NCBI GenBank assembly: GCA_045537015.1
Contig: JAZSOQ010000065.1
Span: 1 to 61,246 of the forward strand
Length of the DNA stretch: 61,246 nucleotides
Source of the DNA: Eubacteriales bacterium
GTDB lineage: Bacteria > Bacillota > Clostridia > Oscillospirales > CAG-272
Direction of reading: 5' to 3'
The translations under genes were made by a program, and so were the position numbers. Of this stretch, positions 9,284-19,328 are shown in pieces (the first letter of the stretch is position 1; each line of letters starts with the position of its first letter). The notes beneath the pieces were generated by a model. It saw only the letters and a program-made list of their open reading frames with translations. It searched no databases and was not told where the DNA came from.

Positions 9284-9739
9284 ATGAAAATGGCAGGATT
9301 TGTCCCGATAATGGGCAGAGCTACCCATAATCTTGACAGTAAAAATCGAATTTTCATCCCCGCGAAGCATCGCGAGGCATTGGGAGCTAACTTCGTTATC
9401 TTCCCGAATATCAAGGATAGGCGCTCTCTCGTCATTTCCTCCGTCGAGTATCTTGAGGAGCTTATGAGAAAGATCAAAGAAAGCCCCAAGCTCACCGGTA
9501 AAGAAAAGGCTCAGATGATCAATTATCTAAACGGAAACGGCGATACTCTCACTCCCGACGCTCAGGGAAGAGTTGTAATCGGAGCTTCGCTCGTTGCGTT
9601 TGCCGGTCTTGGTGGCCCCACCGTTATCGATGGTTGCTTCGATCACGCCGAGATCTGGCCCGAGAGCGTATTCGTCGGAACAACGCCCGAGCAGGCAGAG
9701 TTCTTTGCACAGCGCTATGAAGAAGCTGATCTGATATGA
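9284..9739 (+). CDS. mraZ: transcriptional regulator MraZ
   Basis: Two SpoVT/AbrB-like halves (HNLDSKNRIFIPAKHRE; LTPDAQGRVVIGASL). It is the first gene of the dcw cluster. ATG 9290 fits the GGAG RBS better than ATG 9284. Confidence 0.88.
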   Translation: MKMAGFVPIMGRATHNLDSKNRIFIPAKHREALGANFVIFPNIKDRRSLVISSVEYLEELMRKIKESPKLTGKEKAQMINYLNGNGDTLTPDAQGRVVIGASLVAFAGLGGPTVIDGCFDHAEIWPESVFVGTTPEQAEFFAQRYEEADLI

Positions 9740-10722
9740 GCAACATGAAAGAAATTAATCGTTCGGGTTCCCCCGCGGGCGGAGAATTGCCGACGTTTTC
9801 GCACAAGCCCGTATTGCTCGATGAAGTCCTTGATGCTCTCTCCTTGCACGGGGACGGAATGTTCCTTGACGGAACTGTTGGCGGCGCGGGGCATTCGAGC
9901 GCCATTGCCTCAAAGCTCACTACGGGCAAGCTTATCGCACTTGACAGAGATGATACGGCGATTGCCGTAGCAAGCGAAAGGCTTTCTCGCTTTGGGGACC
10001 GCGCCGAGGTCGTCAAATCCAACTTTGCCGATATGGCGAAGGTTTGTGAAGATAAGGGAATCGAGGCTCTTGACGGAATACTCCTCGACCTTGGAGTTTC
10101 CTCGCATCAGCTCGATACTCCCGAGCGCGGTTTTTCCTATATGCACGATGCTCCTCTCGATATGAGAATGGATCGAACTGCACCGCTCGACGCCGCGTTT
10201 GTCGTCAATAATTATGAGAAGAGCGAACTTATCAGAATCATCCGCGATTACGGCGAAGAAAAATTCGCGGGTAAGATCGCAGAAAAGATCTGCAAAAGAA
10301 GGGAAGAGCGACCGATCGAAAGAACCGGCGAGCTTGTTGAGATAATCAAGAGCGCCTTCCCCGATGGCGGCAGATACCTCAAGCATCATCCCGCAATGAG
10401 AACCTTTCAGGCGATACGCATTGAGGTCAACGGCGAGCTTGAGATAATTGCAAAGACGGTGAGGGATGCCGTAAATCTTCTTGCACCCGGCGGAAGACTT
10501 GCGATCATCACCTTCCACTCGCTCGAGGACCGTGCGGTCAAGGAAGCCTTCGCACAGCTCGCACAAGGATGTACCTGCCCCCGCGATTTCCCCGTATGTG
10601 TTTGCGGAAATAAGCCAAAAATAAAGATAGTCAGCAAAAAACCGATAGTTTCCTCCCCCGAGGAGCTCAAGGAAAATCCCCGCGCGCACAGCGCAAAGCT
10701 CAGAGTAGCGGAAAAACTATAG
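9736..10722 (+). CDS. rsmH: 16S rRNA (cytosine1402-N4)-methyltransferase
   Basis: 328 aa (HKPVLLDEV, DGTVGGAGHS, LDLGVSSHQLD, FHSLEDR). ATGA overlap with mraZ. Confidence 0.95.
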   Translation: MSNMKEINRSGSPAGGELPTFSHKPVLLDEVLDALSLHGDGMFLDGTVGGAGHSSAIASKLTTGKLIALDRDDTAIAVASERLSRFGDRAEVVKSNFADMAKVCEDKGIEALDGILLDLGVSSHQLDTPERGFSYMHDAPLDMRMDRTAPLDAAFVVNNYEKSELIRIIRDYGEEKFAGKIAEKICKRREERPIERTGELVEIIKSAFPDGGRYLKHHPAMRTFQAIRIEVNGELEIIAKTVRDAVNLLAPGGRLAIITFHSLEDRAVKEAFAQLAQGCTCPRDFPVCVCGNKPKIKIVSKKPIVSSPEELKENPRAHSAKLRVAEKL

Positions 10723-10741
10723 AGCCAAGAAGGATCGAAAA

Positions 10742-11632
10742 ATGAAAAAGACTCACAGAAATTTCAGAGTTGATTACAGTTCCGCGATAAAGTCGATCGG
10801 AATCGGCGACGAAGAATTTGAATCGCTTAAGGATATACAGGCTGAACTCGAACGTCAGGTGGAGCGCGAAAGAAAGAGCGCTTCCGAATATCCCGAATCA
10901 TACCGACTTGCGGATATTATGACTTCGGTCGGCGGAAATAATTACAGAAGCGGAGACGCAGACGGCGTGCGCGTTATGACACACGAGGACTATATGCGTA
11001 TGATCGTTGCCGAGACAAGAATTCCCGAGTACGGCAAGAACCCGCGCAAGACTTATCACCTCAATCCGCGACCCGCAACCGTTTATAACGTGCGATCCTG
11101 CGGTGAGAGCTCGGGTTCTGTTCGCGAAAGCGTTATCGCAGCCGACGGCCACAGCGTCAGCCGCCTTGAAGGATCCGACACTACCATCTCGGGCAGCGTC
11201 ACAAGATTCTTTGACCAATGGTTCCCCCAGCACACCATCCTCAAGCCCGACAGAAAATATCGCAGACGTATGGCTTCCTCCGCGGCGGGTATTGCTTGGG
11301 TTATGATATTCGCTTTTGTTATAGCACTCCCGATCACTCTCGGCGTGCTCAAGAGCGAAGCGAGCTCGAACCTTGCCGAAAGACGCAGCGAGCTTGCAGC
11401 GCTTGAAAATATGGAAGCAAGACTTGAGGCTGAATATGAAAGCGGACTCGACCTGCGCGAGATCGAATCTATCGCGATCAACGATTACGGAATGGTAAAG
11501 CTGAATCAAAGCACTCTCCGTGTTCTCCGCCTCAATGATATCGACACGATCGAGAGCTTTTCCGAAAGTGAAGATGAATCTCTCGTTCCCGCGCTCCTCA
11601 GCGCGCTTGGAATTCGTGTAGGTAACGAATAA
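10742..11632 (+). CDS. FtsL-like cell division protein with a long N-terminal extension
   Basis: 296 aa. It has a single TM (AAGIAWVMIFAFVIALPITLGVL) followed by a coiled-coil/septum-formation-initiator-like segment (LAALENMEARLEAEYE...INDYGMVKL). It sits in the canonical ftsL slot between rsmH and the PBP. Confidence 0.6.
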   Translation: MKKTHRNFRVDYSSAIKSIGIGDEEFESLKDIQAELERQVERERKSASEYPESYRLADIMTSVGGNNYRSGDADGVRVMTHEDYMRMIVAETRIPEYGKNPRKTYHLNPRPATVYNVRSCGESSGSVRESVIAADGHSVSRLEGSDTTISGSVTRFFDQWFPQHTILKPDRKYRRRMASSAAGIAWVMIFAFVIALPITLGVLKSEASSNLAERRSELAALENMEARLEAEYESGLDLREIESIAINDYGMVKLNQSTLRVLRLNDIDTIESFSESEDESLVPALLSALGIRVGNE

Positions 11633-11688
11633 AAAAGAAAAACTCAGAATAAAATTTATACGACAAGGGAAGGCAGACTCGCTTTCCC

Positions 11689-14007
11689 TTGACTCAAACA
11701 TTTTTCGCAACAAACCGCAAAAGTAGGGATCAAACAGAGATGCAAAACGGAAAAATCGGCACAGGATTAACAATAAGAGCCTTCATCGGGCTTGCCGTAA
11801 TGGCAGTTGCCTTTCTGGCGTTGATAGTTCGAATTTTTTCGTTGCAAACTGTGGATTTTGATTACTACAAAAACAAGGTCATCGACCAGCTCACCACAGA
11901 ATCAACGATAATTTCCGAGCGCGGAAATATCTACGATTCAAACGGGATCCTGCTTGCCTCGAATAAAACGGCATACCGAATCTTCATCGCGCCCAAGACG
12001 ATCCACGACGAGATGAATGAGGCAAAGGATGAGGGCAACACCGAAAGGCTCGATCTTGACGTGAAGATCAGCCAGGGACTTTCCGAGCTTTTAGGCATCG
12101 ACTACGATACGATCTACGCTATGACGGGCAAGACCAAGAGCCTTGACGCCACCGTGCTTCGCGAGGCGACTCCCGCAGAGGCGGAAGCGGTCCTCGGACT
12201 TATCACAGAGCTTAAGGTTTCAAATTGCATCTACGTTGAGCCTATGAGCGTCAGAAACTACGCTTACGGCGATCTTGCCGCTCACGTACTCGGCTTCACG
12301 GGACGCGACGGTGACGGTCTTTACGGACTTGAATACTATTATAATAAAGAGCTTGCGGGAACTCCCGGTAAGATCATAACGGCGCGCGATGCTTACGGCA
12401 ATGAAATGCCCTATAAGTATCAAAGCGTTATCGACGCGGTTGACGGGTATAATCTGAATACCACGATAAACATAAAGATCCAAGAGATCCTCGAGGAACA
12501 GCTTGAAGCGACCTACAAAGAATCGGGCGCACAGGCGGGTGTCGCCGGTATGGTTATGAACGTCAAGACCGGCGCGGTATACGCCATGGCGACCTACCCC
12601 GATTTCGACTTGAACGACGCGTGGACACTCAGCTCCGAATACCTTGCACAGATGCAGGCAAGCGGACTTAGCGAAGGGGACGAGGGGTATTCCTCTCTTC
12701 GCGCATCGCTTCTCAATCAGATGTGGCAAAACAAGGCGCTGACTTTCACCTATATGCCCGGATCTACCTTCAAGATCATCACAACGGCTATGGCTCTTGA
12801 AACCGGCGCATCGAATCTCAATGAAACCTTTGTATGCCGCGGATCGCTTAATCTTTACGGAAGCGTTATCCATTGCCACAAGGTCACGGGACACGGCACA
12901 CTCACTTTTGCGGGCGGCCTTCAGCAATCCTGCAACCCCTGCATGATGACTCTCGCCGAACGCATCGGCAGACCAACATTTTATAATTACGTAAGAAATT
13001 TCGGATATCTTGAAAAAACAGGCATCGACCTCCCCGGCGAGGGCAGAAGCAGCTTTTGGGACGAAAACGCATTCGGCCCCGTTGACCTTGCGGTTGCCTC
13101 CTTCGGACAGAACTTCAAGATCAGTATGATACAGCATCTGACCGCGATCTCCGCGGTCGCAAACGGCGGGACTCTTGTAGAGCCTTATATGGTCGAGTCA
13201 ATGACCGACTCGGACGGAAACACGGTTTGGCAGCACGAGACCAAAGCGATCAGACAGGTCGTTTCCACCTCTGTTTGCAAAACAGTCGCCTCGATCCTTG
13301 AGGAAGGCGTTTCGGGCAACGGAGGCTCGAGAAACGCATACGTCGCAGGCTACAGAGTAGCGGCTAAAACGGGTACCTCCGAGAAGATCGGTGACGACGA
13401 GACACTCAGAATCGGCTCCTGCGCGGCTTTCGCGCCTGCGGAGAATCCCGAGATAGCGATCATCATCATTGTTGACGAACCTACTTGTACCAACGTTTTC
13501 GGCAGCTACGTTGCCGCGCCCTATGTTGCAAATTGCCTTGAGCAGATGCTTCCCGCACTTGGCGTCGAGGCGGTATATACATCAACCGAGGCAGCAAAGC
13601 TCGAGGTTGAGGTTGGCAACTATATGGGAATGATGTCCTTCACAGCCCGCGAGGCTATCCGCAAGAACGGGCTTGAGGTCGAGATCATAGGAAACGGCGA
13701 AAAGGTAACAGCTCAGGTACCCGCCGCAGGAAGCAAGCTTTCAAAGCAAAACGGAAAGATAGTTCTTTACGTTGGCGATGCCGCACCGAGTGCAGACATA
13801 AACGTTCCGGACGTTATCGGAATGAGCGCTTCGGTCGTCAATAAAGTCCTTATCAATGCGGGATTCAATATCAGCATCGAGGGAACAACAAACTATGAGG
13901 TCGGAAGCGGAGCTGTTGTAGTTTCGCAGTATCCCGAGGCGGGAACGCCCGCAACACGCGGCGACGTTATCACGGTAACCTTCCGCCACACCGATGTCAG
14001 TGACTAA
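11689..14007 (+). CDS. class B penicillin-binding protein (FtsI/SpoVD type) with two PASTA domains
   Basis: Contains STFK, SCN and KTG(T) motifs, an N-terminal TM and two C-terminal PASTA repeats. ORF-track start 11689 is TTG; ATG 11740 (MQNGKIGT...) is an equally plausible start. Confidence 0.9.
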   Translation: MTQTFFATNRKSRDQTEMQNGKIGTGLTIRAFIGLAVMAVAFLALIVRIFSLQTVDFDYYKNKVIDQLTTESTIISERGNIYDSNGILLASNKTAYRIFIAPKTIHDEMNEAKDEGNTERLDLDVKISQGLSELLGIDYDTIYAMTGKTKSLDATVLREATPAEAEAVLGLITELKVSNCIYVEPMSVRNYAYGDLAAHVLGFTGRDGDGLYGLEYYYNKELAGTPGKIITARDAYGNEMPYKYQSVIDAVDGYNLNTTINIKIQEILEEQLEATYKESGAQAGVAGMVMNVKTGAVYAMATYPDFDLNDAWTLSSEYLAQMQASGLSEGDEGYSSLRASLLNQMWQNKALTFTYMPGSTFKIITTAMALETGASNLNETFVCRGSLNLYGSVIHCHKVTGHGTLTFAGGLQQSCNPCMMTLAERIGRPTFYNYVRNFGYLEKTGIDLPGEGRSSFWDENAFGPVDLAVASFGQNFKISMIQHLTAISAVANGGTLVEPYMVESMTDSDGNTVWQHETKAIRQVVSTSVCKTVASILEEGVSGNGGSRNAYVAGYRVAAKTGTSEKIGDDETLRIGSCAAFAPAENPEIAIIIIVDEPTCTNVFGSYVAAPYVANCLEQMLPALGVEAVYTSTEAAKLEVEVGNYMGMMSFTAREAIRKNGLEVEIIGNGEKVTAQVPAAGSKLSKQNGKIVLYVGDAAPSADINVPDVIGMSASVVNKVLINAGFNISIEGTTNYEVGSGAVVVSQYPEAGTPATRGDVITVTFRHTDVSD

Positions 14008-14064
14008 AAATTAGGGACGCAGAAAATCCAAGGATGATCAAAGAATACTTCATCGGAGGATCTC

Positions 14065-15603
14065 ATGCTTCTTCAAGAACTATTGCGCTCCGCGGGGCTT
14101 TATTACAGAGCTTGCGGGGACGAAAACATCACAATCGATTCGATTTCTTCAGACTCGCGCTCGGCGGGGAAAAATTCTCTGTTCGTGTGCATTCGAGGCC
14201 GCATTCACGACGGTCATTCTCACGCAAAGGAAGCGGTTGCAAATGGTGCTATTGCAATACTTGCCGAGGATGAGCTACAAGACCTGCCGAGCCGAGTCAC
14301 CGTTATATATACACACGATACGCGAGGCGCTCTTGCGCGGATCTGGGACGCTTATTACGGGCATCCTACGCGCGATATGAAGCTGATCGCGGTTACGGGA
14401 ACGAACGGAAAAACAACGGTCAGCTTTATGCTTGACGCAATATTTTCCGCGTCGCTCTCAAAATGCGGTCTGATCGGCACCGTCTATTGCAGAACGCCGA
14501 AAAGACTGCTTGAGATCGAAAAAAGCGATATGACAACGCCCGAGCCCGAGGTGCTTTACCGAGTTCTTTCGGAAATGAAGCGGGACGGCGCGGAATACGT
14601 CTTTATCGAGGCAAGCTCACACGCACTTGCGATGGGAAGATTGGAACCGCTCAGTTTCCACTCGGCGATCTTCACCAATCTCACCCCCGAGCATCTTGAT
14701 TTTCATTCGGATCTCGAAAATTATTTCCTTGCAAAAGCCTCGCTTCTTGAAAAATGCGAGCGTGCATATATAAATCTTGACGATTCCTATGCCTCACGCT
14801 ATCGCGCGTACGCTCGCGCGATGGGATGCCGAGCTAAATTGCTGTTTTACTCGGGCGCAGGTAAGGGGGAGGCGGATTTCAGAGCCGACAAAACCAAGCT
14901 TTGCGGTGTGAACGGCATATCATACACCTATCACTCGAAAAATACCGTATGTGAGATACGCTCTCCGATCCCCGGCAGATTCACGGTTGACAACACCCTT
15001 GCCGCCGCTGCGGTTGCATTTGATCTCGGTGTCAGCGCGGGATGCGTTGCGGAGGCTATATCGGGTTTCGGTGGAGCACCCGGAAGACTCAAACGGGTCA
15101 AAGTAGCATCGGGCTACGCCGCATCGGTCTACGTGGATTACGCTCACACACCCGATGCGCTTGAAAACATACTGAACGCGGCAAAAAGCTTTTTGCCGAA
15201 ATCATCGAAACTTGTCCTCGTCTTTGGTTGCGGAGGCGACAGGGATAAAAGCAAACGCCCGATGATGGGCAAGATCGCAACCTCGATTGCCGACGTGACG
15301 ATAATAACGTCTGACAACAGCCGCAGCGAGCTCCCCGAGGACATCATTTCCGATATTCTTTCGGGAATTGATCCCGAAAGTGAGCACGCAGTTATCGTGT
15401 CGCGTGCCGATGCGATAAAATACGCCGTCAGAAGTGCGAAGGACGGCGACGTCATCTTCCTTTGCGGAAAAGGCCACGAAAAATATGAGATCGGCATCGG
15501 CGGCAGACGCGATTTTGACGAGTCGCTCATAGTCGAGCGCACGGTGCTCGAAGAGCTTGCGGGAAGAGAAGAAAACAAAGGAACCAACAGTCATGAAAGT
15601 TAG
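14065..15603 (+). CDS. murE: UDP-N-acetylmuramoyl-L-alanyl-D-glutamate--2,6-diaminopimelate ligase
   Basis: 512 aa Mur ligase (GTNGKTT, TTPE, DYAHTPDAL, TSDNSRSE). GGAGG RBS. Confidence 0.92.
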   Translation: MLLQELLRSAGLYYRACGDENITIDSISSDSRSAGKNSLFVCIRGRIHDGHSHAKEAVANGAIAILAEDELQDLPSRVTVIYTHDTRGALARIWDAYYGHPTRDMKLIAVTGTNGKTTVSFMLDAIFSASLSKCGLIGTVYCRTPKRLLEIEKSDMTTPEPEVLYRVLSEMKRDGAEYVFIEASSHALAMGRLEPLSFHSAIFTNLTPEHLDFHSDLENYFLAKASLLEKCERAYINLDDSYASRYRAYARAMGCRAKLLFYSGAGKGEADFRADKTKLCGVNGISYTYHSKNTVCEIRSPIPGRFTVDNTLAAAAVAFDLGVSAGCVAEAISGFGGAPGRLKRVKVASGYAASVYVDYAHTPDALENILNAAKSFLPKSSKLVLVFGCGGDRDKSKRPMMGKIATSIADVTIITSDNSRSELPEDIISDILSGIDPESEHAVIVSRADAIKYAVRSAKDGDVIFLCGKGHEKYEIGIGGRRDFDESLIVERTVLEELAGREENKGTNSHES

Positions 15604-16996
15604 ATTTGCTAATCATATACCAACAATAGCAGAACTTGCAAGCCTTTGCGGCGGCAATTTGATAGGCGATGGCTCGGCGAAGATCGGTTCGGTTTGCACC
15701 GATTCGAGAGAGGTCGAGGAAGGCTCGCTTTTCATCGCGATAGTCGGCGAGAGAGTTGACGGACACAATTTTCTCCCATCCGTGATAGCCGCAGGCGCGG
15801 GCTGTGCTCTTTGCTCAAGAATTCCCGAAGGCGCGAATATTCCGATAATTCTTGTTGAGGATACCGTAAAGGCGCTCGGCAGACTCGGATATGAGTATTC
15901 GAAGAACTGCAAGGCAAGACGTGTGGGTGTCACGGGAAGTGTTGGAAAGACCACAACGAAGGAATTCATCGCATCGGTCCTTGCAACCGCAGGAAAGGTC
16001 TGGAAGACCGAGGGCAACTTCAACAGCGTGATCGGACTTCCGATGTCGCTTCTGACTCTCCCCGAGGATGCGGATTTCGCCGTTCTTGAAATGGGAATGA
16101 CGGGCCCCGGTGAGATCAAGCTTCTTTCCGACATTGCCCGCCCCGAGATCGGTGTCATAACCACTATCGGCACAGCGCATATGGAGCTTCTGGGCTCGCG
16201 CGAGAATATCGCGGCGGCAAAGCTCGAGATCAAGAGCTCGCTTGCCGAAAACGGTCATTTGCTTCTTTGCGGAAACGAGCCCTTGCTTGCCGATGAAGGG
16301 AAGAGGGACAGCAGAGTAAGCTATTTCTCAACCGATGATAAGAATTCGGATTACTTCGCCTCAAAAATCACCTCCGATGAGGCGGGTATGACTTTCGATG
16401 CTTCCTGCGAGGGCGAGATGATATATGATCTTGAGATCCCCGCGATAGGAAAGCATAACGTCGCTGCCGCACTTGCGGGCGTTGCTGTCGGACGAATGGT
16501 GGGTATCGATCCCGAAAGGATCCGCCGCGGCCTTGCCGCATACAGACCCGTTGGACTCCGTCAGCAAATGACGGATATCAAAGGAATCAAGATCATTTCG
16601 GATTGCTACAACGCAAGCCCCGAATCGATGCGAGCTGCTGCGGCAGTGCTTACGACGGTTGCTTCGCACAGAAGCGGAAAAAAGGTCGCGCTTCTCGGAG
16701 ATATGCTTGAACTTGGCAAGAACTCCCCCGCGCTTCACTACGCGGTCGGCGAATGCTTTGCCGACGCGGGCGTCGATTTCCTTGTCAGCTTCGGCGAGAG
16801 AGCGGAAATGATCGCAAACGGCTTTGCGGATAATCGCGGAGAGGATAAGGTCCTTCGTTTCAGCGACAGAAGTGATGCCGCGGCTCCCGCAAAGGCACTC
16901 GCGCAGATCCTCTCGGAGGGCGACGTGCTGATCCTCAAGGCAAGCCGAATGATAGCGGCAGAACGTGTTGCCGACGAACTTAAAAAACTTCTTTGA
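15593..16996 (+). CDS. murF: UDP-N-acetylmuramoyl-tripeptide--D-alanyl-D-alanine ligase
   Basis: Mur ligase (GSVGKTTTKE, DCYNASPESM). Start ATG 15593 (MKVRFANH) overlaps the murE end by 11 nt. ORF-track start 15557 would overlap by 47 nt. Confidence 0.9.
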   Translation: MKVRFANHIPTIAELASLCGGNLIGDGSAKIGSVCTDSREVEEGSLFIAIVGERVDGHNFLPSVIAAGAGCALCSRIPEGANIPIILVEDTVKALGRLGYEYSKNCKARRVGVTGSVGKTTTKEFIASVLATAGKVWKTEGNFNSVIGLPMSLLTLPEDADFAVLEMGMTGPGEIKLLSDIARPEIGVITTIGTAHMELLGSRENIAAAKLEIKSSLAENGHLLLCGNEPLLADEGKRDSRVSYFSTDDKNSDYFASKITSDEAGMTFDASCEGEMIYDLEIPAIGKHNVAAALAGVAVGRMVGIDPERIRRGLAAYRPVGLRQQMTDIKGIKIISDCYNASPESMRAAAAVLTTVASHRSGKKVALLGDMLELGKNSPALHYAVGECFADAGVDFLVSFGERAEMIANGFADNRGEDKVLRFSDRSDAAAPAKALAQILSEGDVLILKASRMIAAERVADELKKLL

Positions 16997-17024
16997 TTTT
17001 TAATTATAGATAAGGATGATAGCC

Positions 17025-18020
17025 ATGAAGGAACGGATGCTGATTGAATTTTTTGCCATGACACTCGGAGTATTTTTTGTCACCTGGCTTATCCTTCGAA
17101 AACTTATCCCCGTGCTCAAAAGCCGCAAGATCGGGCAAAAGATCTATGAAATAGGTCCGCGTTGGCACAAGGGCAAGGAGGGAACGCCGATTATGGGCGG
17201 TCTCGGATTCATAATTGCGACCCTTATCGGAATTGCCGTAATCAGCGGAGTTTATCTCTATTTCGGAAGAGCAAAAGAGCTTCTTGGCGTTTGGCTGACA
17301 TTGGCTCTTGCACTCCTCAACGGTCTTATCGGATTCTTTGATGACTACACCAAGCTGATCAAAAAGCAGAATCAAGGCTTTCTCGCTTGGCAGAAGCTTC
17401 TACTTCAACTTTTGGTTGCCGCGGCTTACCTTTGGGCTATGAGTGCTTGCGGATTCATTGATACCGCGCTCGAGATCCCTTATTTCGATATCGAGCTCGA
17501 ACTTGGTATCTTCTACTACTTCTTCGCGATCCTCTTTATTGCCGGAATGGTCAACTCGGTCAATCTGACCGACGGTATCGACGGCCTTTGCTCGAGTGTT
17601 TCTGCAGTCGTCGGCGCGTTCTTTGCGGTTGTTGCATTCGTAATGCTCCGTCCCGAGCTTGCAATCTTCCCCGCAACCGTTATCGGCGGTACCGTTGGAT
17701 TCCTTATGTACAATTTCTACCCCGCAAAGATATTTATGGGTGACACCGGTTCGCTTTACCTCGGCGGTGCCGTTGTCGGAATGGCGTTCCTTATCGAAGA
17801 GCCCCTCATCATTATGATCGCGGGAATCATCTACCTCATTGAAGTAGCATCGGTCATTCTTCAGGTCGGCTACTTCAAGCTTACGCACGGAAAGCGAATC
17901 TTCAAGATGGCTCCGATCCATCATCATTTTGAAAAATGCGGATGGAGCGAGGTCAAGATCGTCGGTGTCTTTACTCTGATCACCGCGATTGCGTGTGTGC
18001 TCGCTTATCTGGGACTTTAA
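17025..18020 (+). CDS. mraY: phospho-N-acetylmuramoyl-pentapeptide transferase
   Basis: Polytopic protein with the MraY motifs GFFDDYTKL, NLTDGIDGL, MGDTGSL and APIHHHFE. ATG 17025 has the best RBS spacing. Confidence 0.94.
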   Translation: MKERMLIEFFAMTLGVFFVTWLILRKLIPVLKSRKIGQKIYEIGPRWHKGKEGTPIMGGLGFIIATLIGIAVISGVYLYFGRAKELLGVWLTLALALLNGLIGFFDDYTKLIKKQNQGFLAWQKLLLQLLVAAAYLWAMSACGFIDTALEIPYFDIELELGIFYYFFAILFIAGMVNSVNLTDGIDGLCSSVSAVVGAFFAVVAFVMLRPELAIFPATVIGGTVGFLMYNFYPAKIFMGDTGSLYLGGAVVGMAFLIEEPLIIMIAGIIYLIEVASVILQVGYFKLTHGKRIFKMAPIHHHFEKCGWSEVKIVGVFTLITAIACVLAYLGL

Positions 18021-18050
18021 TTCTACTCAAAAATTCGGGAGGCTGCCGTT

Positions 18051-19310
18051 ATGGCGTGGTTTGACAAAAGAAAACATTCGCCGTCGGTCAGCGGTGACGG
18101 CATAAAACGCCGCCGCGCGAAAAGATCCTCGTCCTTGCTCATCAGTCACAAAAAGGATAAGGGCCTGATCGAGGAAAACGAAGCCTCGCTTTTGATACTG
18201 CAAAGCAGACCCGATGCATTCTTCGCCGTGATCTATGCGCTCCTTCTCGCGCTTGGCGCAGTGCTTTCGTTCAGCGCAGGCTCGGCTTATGCCGAAGAAG
18301 CATACGGCTCGGGATTCTACTTTGTTATGAACCACGTAAAGCACCTGGTCAGCGGCTTGGTTGTTTCGGGATTCATCTACTTCTGCTCACAGCCGCGATT
18401 CATGAGGATCGTTTCGATCGCGTTTTACGGTGCATCGATCGTTCTTCTCGTAGCCGTACTCTTTGTCGGTGTTACGGGAGGCGGTGCACAAAGATGGCTC
18501 AACCTCGGCTTCTTCACCCTTCAGCCCTCCGAGCTTGCAAAAACGGGCATAATTCTTTTGATGGCGCTCTATCTGACAAGGCACGATAAGGCGGTCACTT
18601 CAAAGGGATTCAATAAATATTCCTTCGTCCACGGCTTTTTCGTTCCTTCGCTGATATTCATCCTTGTTTGCGTGCTTGTTCTGCTCGAGGACCACTTTTC
18701 GGGAACGATAATCATCGGAGCGATCGGATTCGGAATGCTTTTCCTTGGCGGAACCTATCTCGGTTGGTTTGTTTCGGTAATACCATTTGTCGGTATTATC
18801 GCGGCACTCATTCTCAGTACCGATTACGCAAGACAGAGAGTTGTTAGCTTCTTTGACAAGAGCTCGAACTCGCTGACAAACAACTGGCAGTCAACGCAAG
18901 GACTTTACGCGATCGGCTCGGGCGGGCTTTTCGGAGTCGGACTTGGTGAATCGAATCTGAAATACGGTTACGTTTCCCAGCCGCAGAACGACTTCGTCTT
19001 TACAATAATTTGCGAAGAACTCGGCTTTTTTGGAGCCACCGCAATACTTTTGCTTTTCTTCGCGCTGGTGGCAAGAGGCATCATCCTCGGCTCTCGCGCA
19101 CCCGATAAATTCACAGCTCTCGTGATCTACGGATTGACCTTCAAGCTTGCTATTCACGTTTTTCTCAACGTCGGAGTCGTAAGCGGAATGCTTCCGAACA
19201 CGGGAATCTCGCTTCCGTTCTTTTCAAGCGGAGGAAGCGCAACGATCTCGCAGATGATCGATATGGGAATCATCCTTGGACTTTCGAGATTCTGCACACA
19301 GAAAAAATAA
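18051..19310 (+). CDS. ftsW: FtsW/SpoVE (SEDS family) peptidoglycan polymerase
   Basis: 419 aa polytopic protein (LQPSELAK, QSTQGLYAIGSGGLFGVGLG, EELGF, PFFSSGGSA). It lies directly after mraY. Confidence 0.88.
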   Translation: MAWFDKRKHSPSVSGDGIKRRRAKRSSSLLISHKKDKGLIEENEASLLILQSRPDAFFAVIYALLLALGAVLSFSAGSAYAEEAYGSGFYFVMNHVKHLVSGLVVSGFIYFCSQPRFMRIVSIAFYGASIVLLVAVLFVGVTGGGAQRWLNLGFFTLQPSELAKTGIILLMALYLTRHDKAVTSKGFNKYSFVHGFFVPSLIFILVCVLVLLEDHFSGTIIIGAIGFGMLFLGGTYLGWFVSVIPFVGIIAALILSTDYARQRVVSFFDKSSNSLTNNWQSTQGLYAIGSGGLFGVGLGESNLKYGYVSQPQNDFVFTIICEELGFFGATAILLLFFALVARGIILGSRAPDKFTALVIYGLTFKLAIHVFLNVGVVSGMLPNTGISLPFFSSGGSATISQMIDMGIILGLSRFCTQKK

Positions 19311-19328
19311 ACCGAAAGGAGCCCTGAA

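Noticed and set aside
14034-14273. 79-aa ORF overlapping the murE start
   Set aside because: It is out of frame with murE, which has a GGAGG RBS and a full Mur-ligase translation. It has no features of its own.
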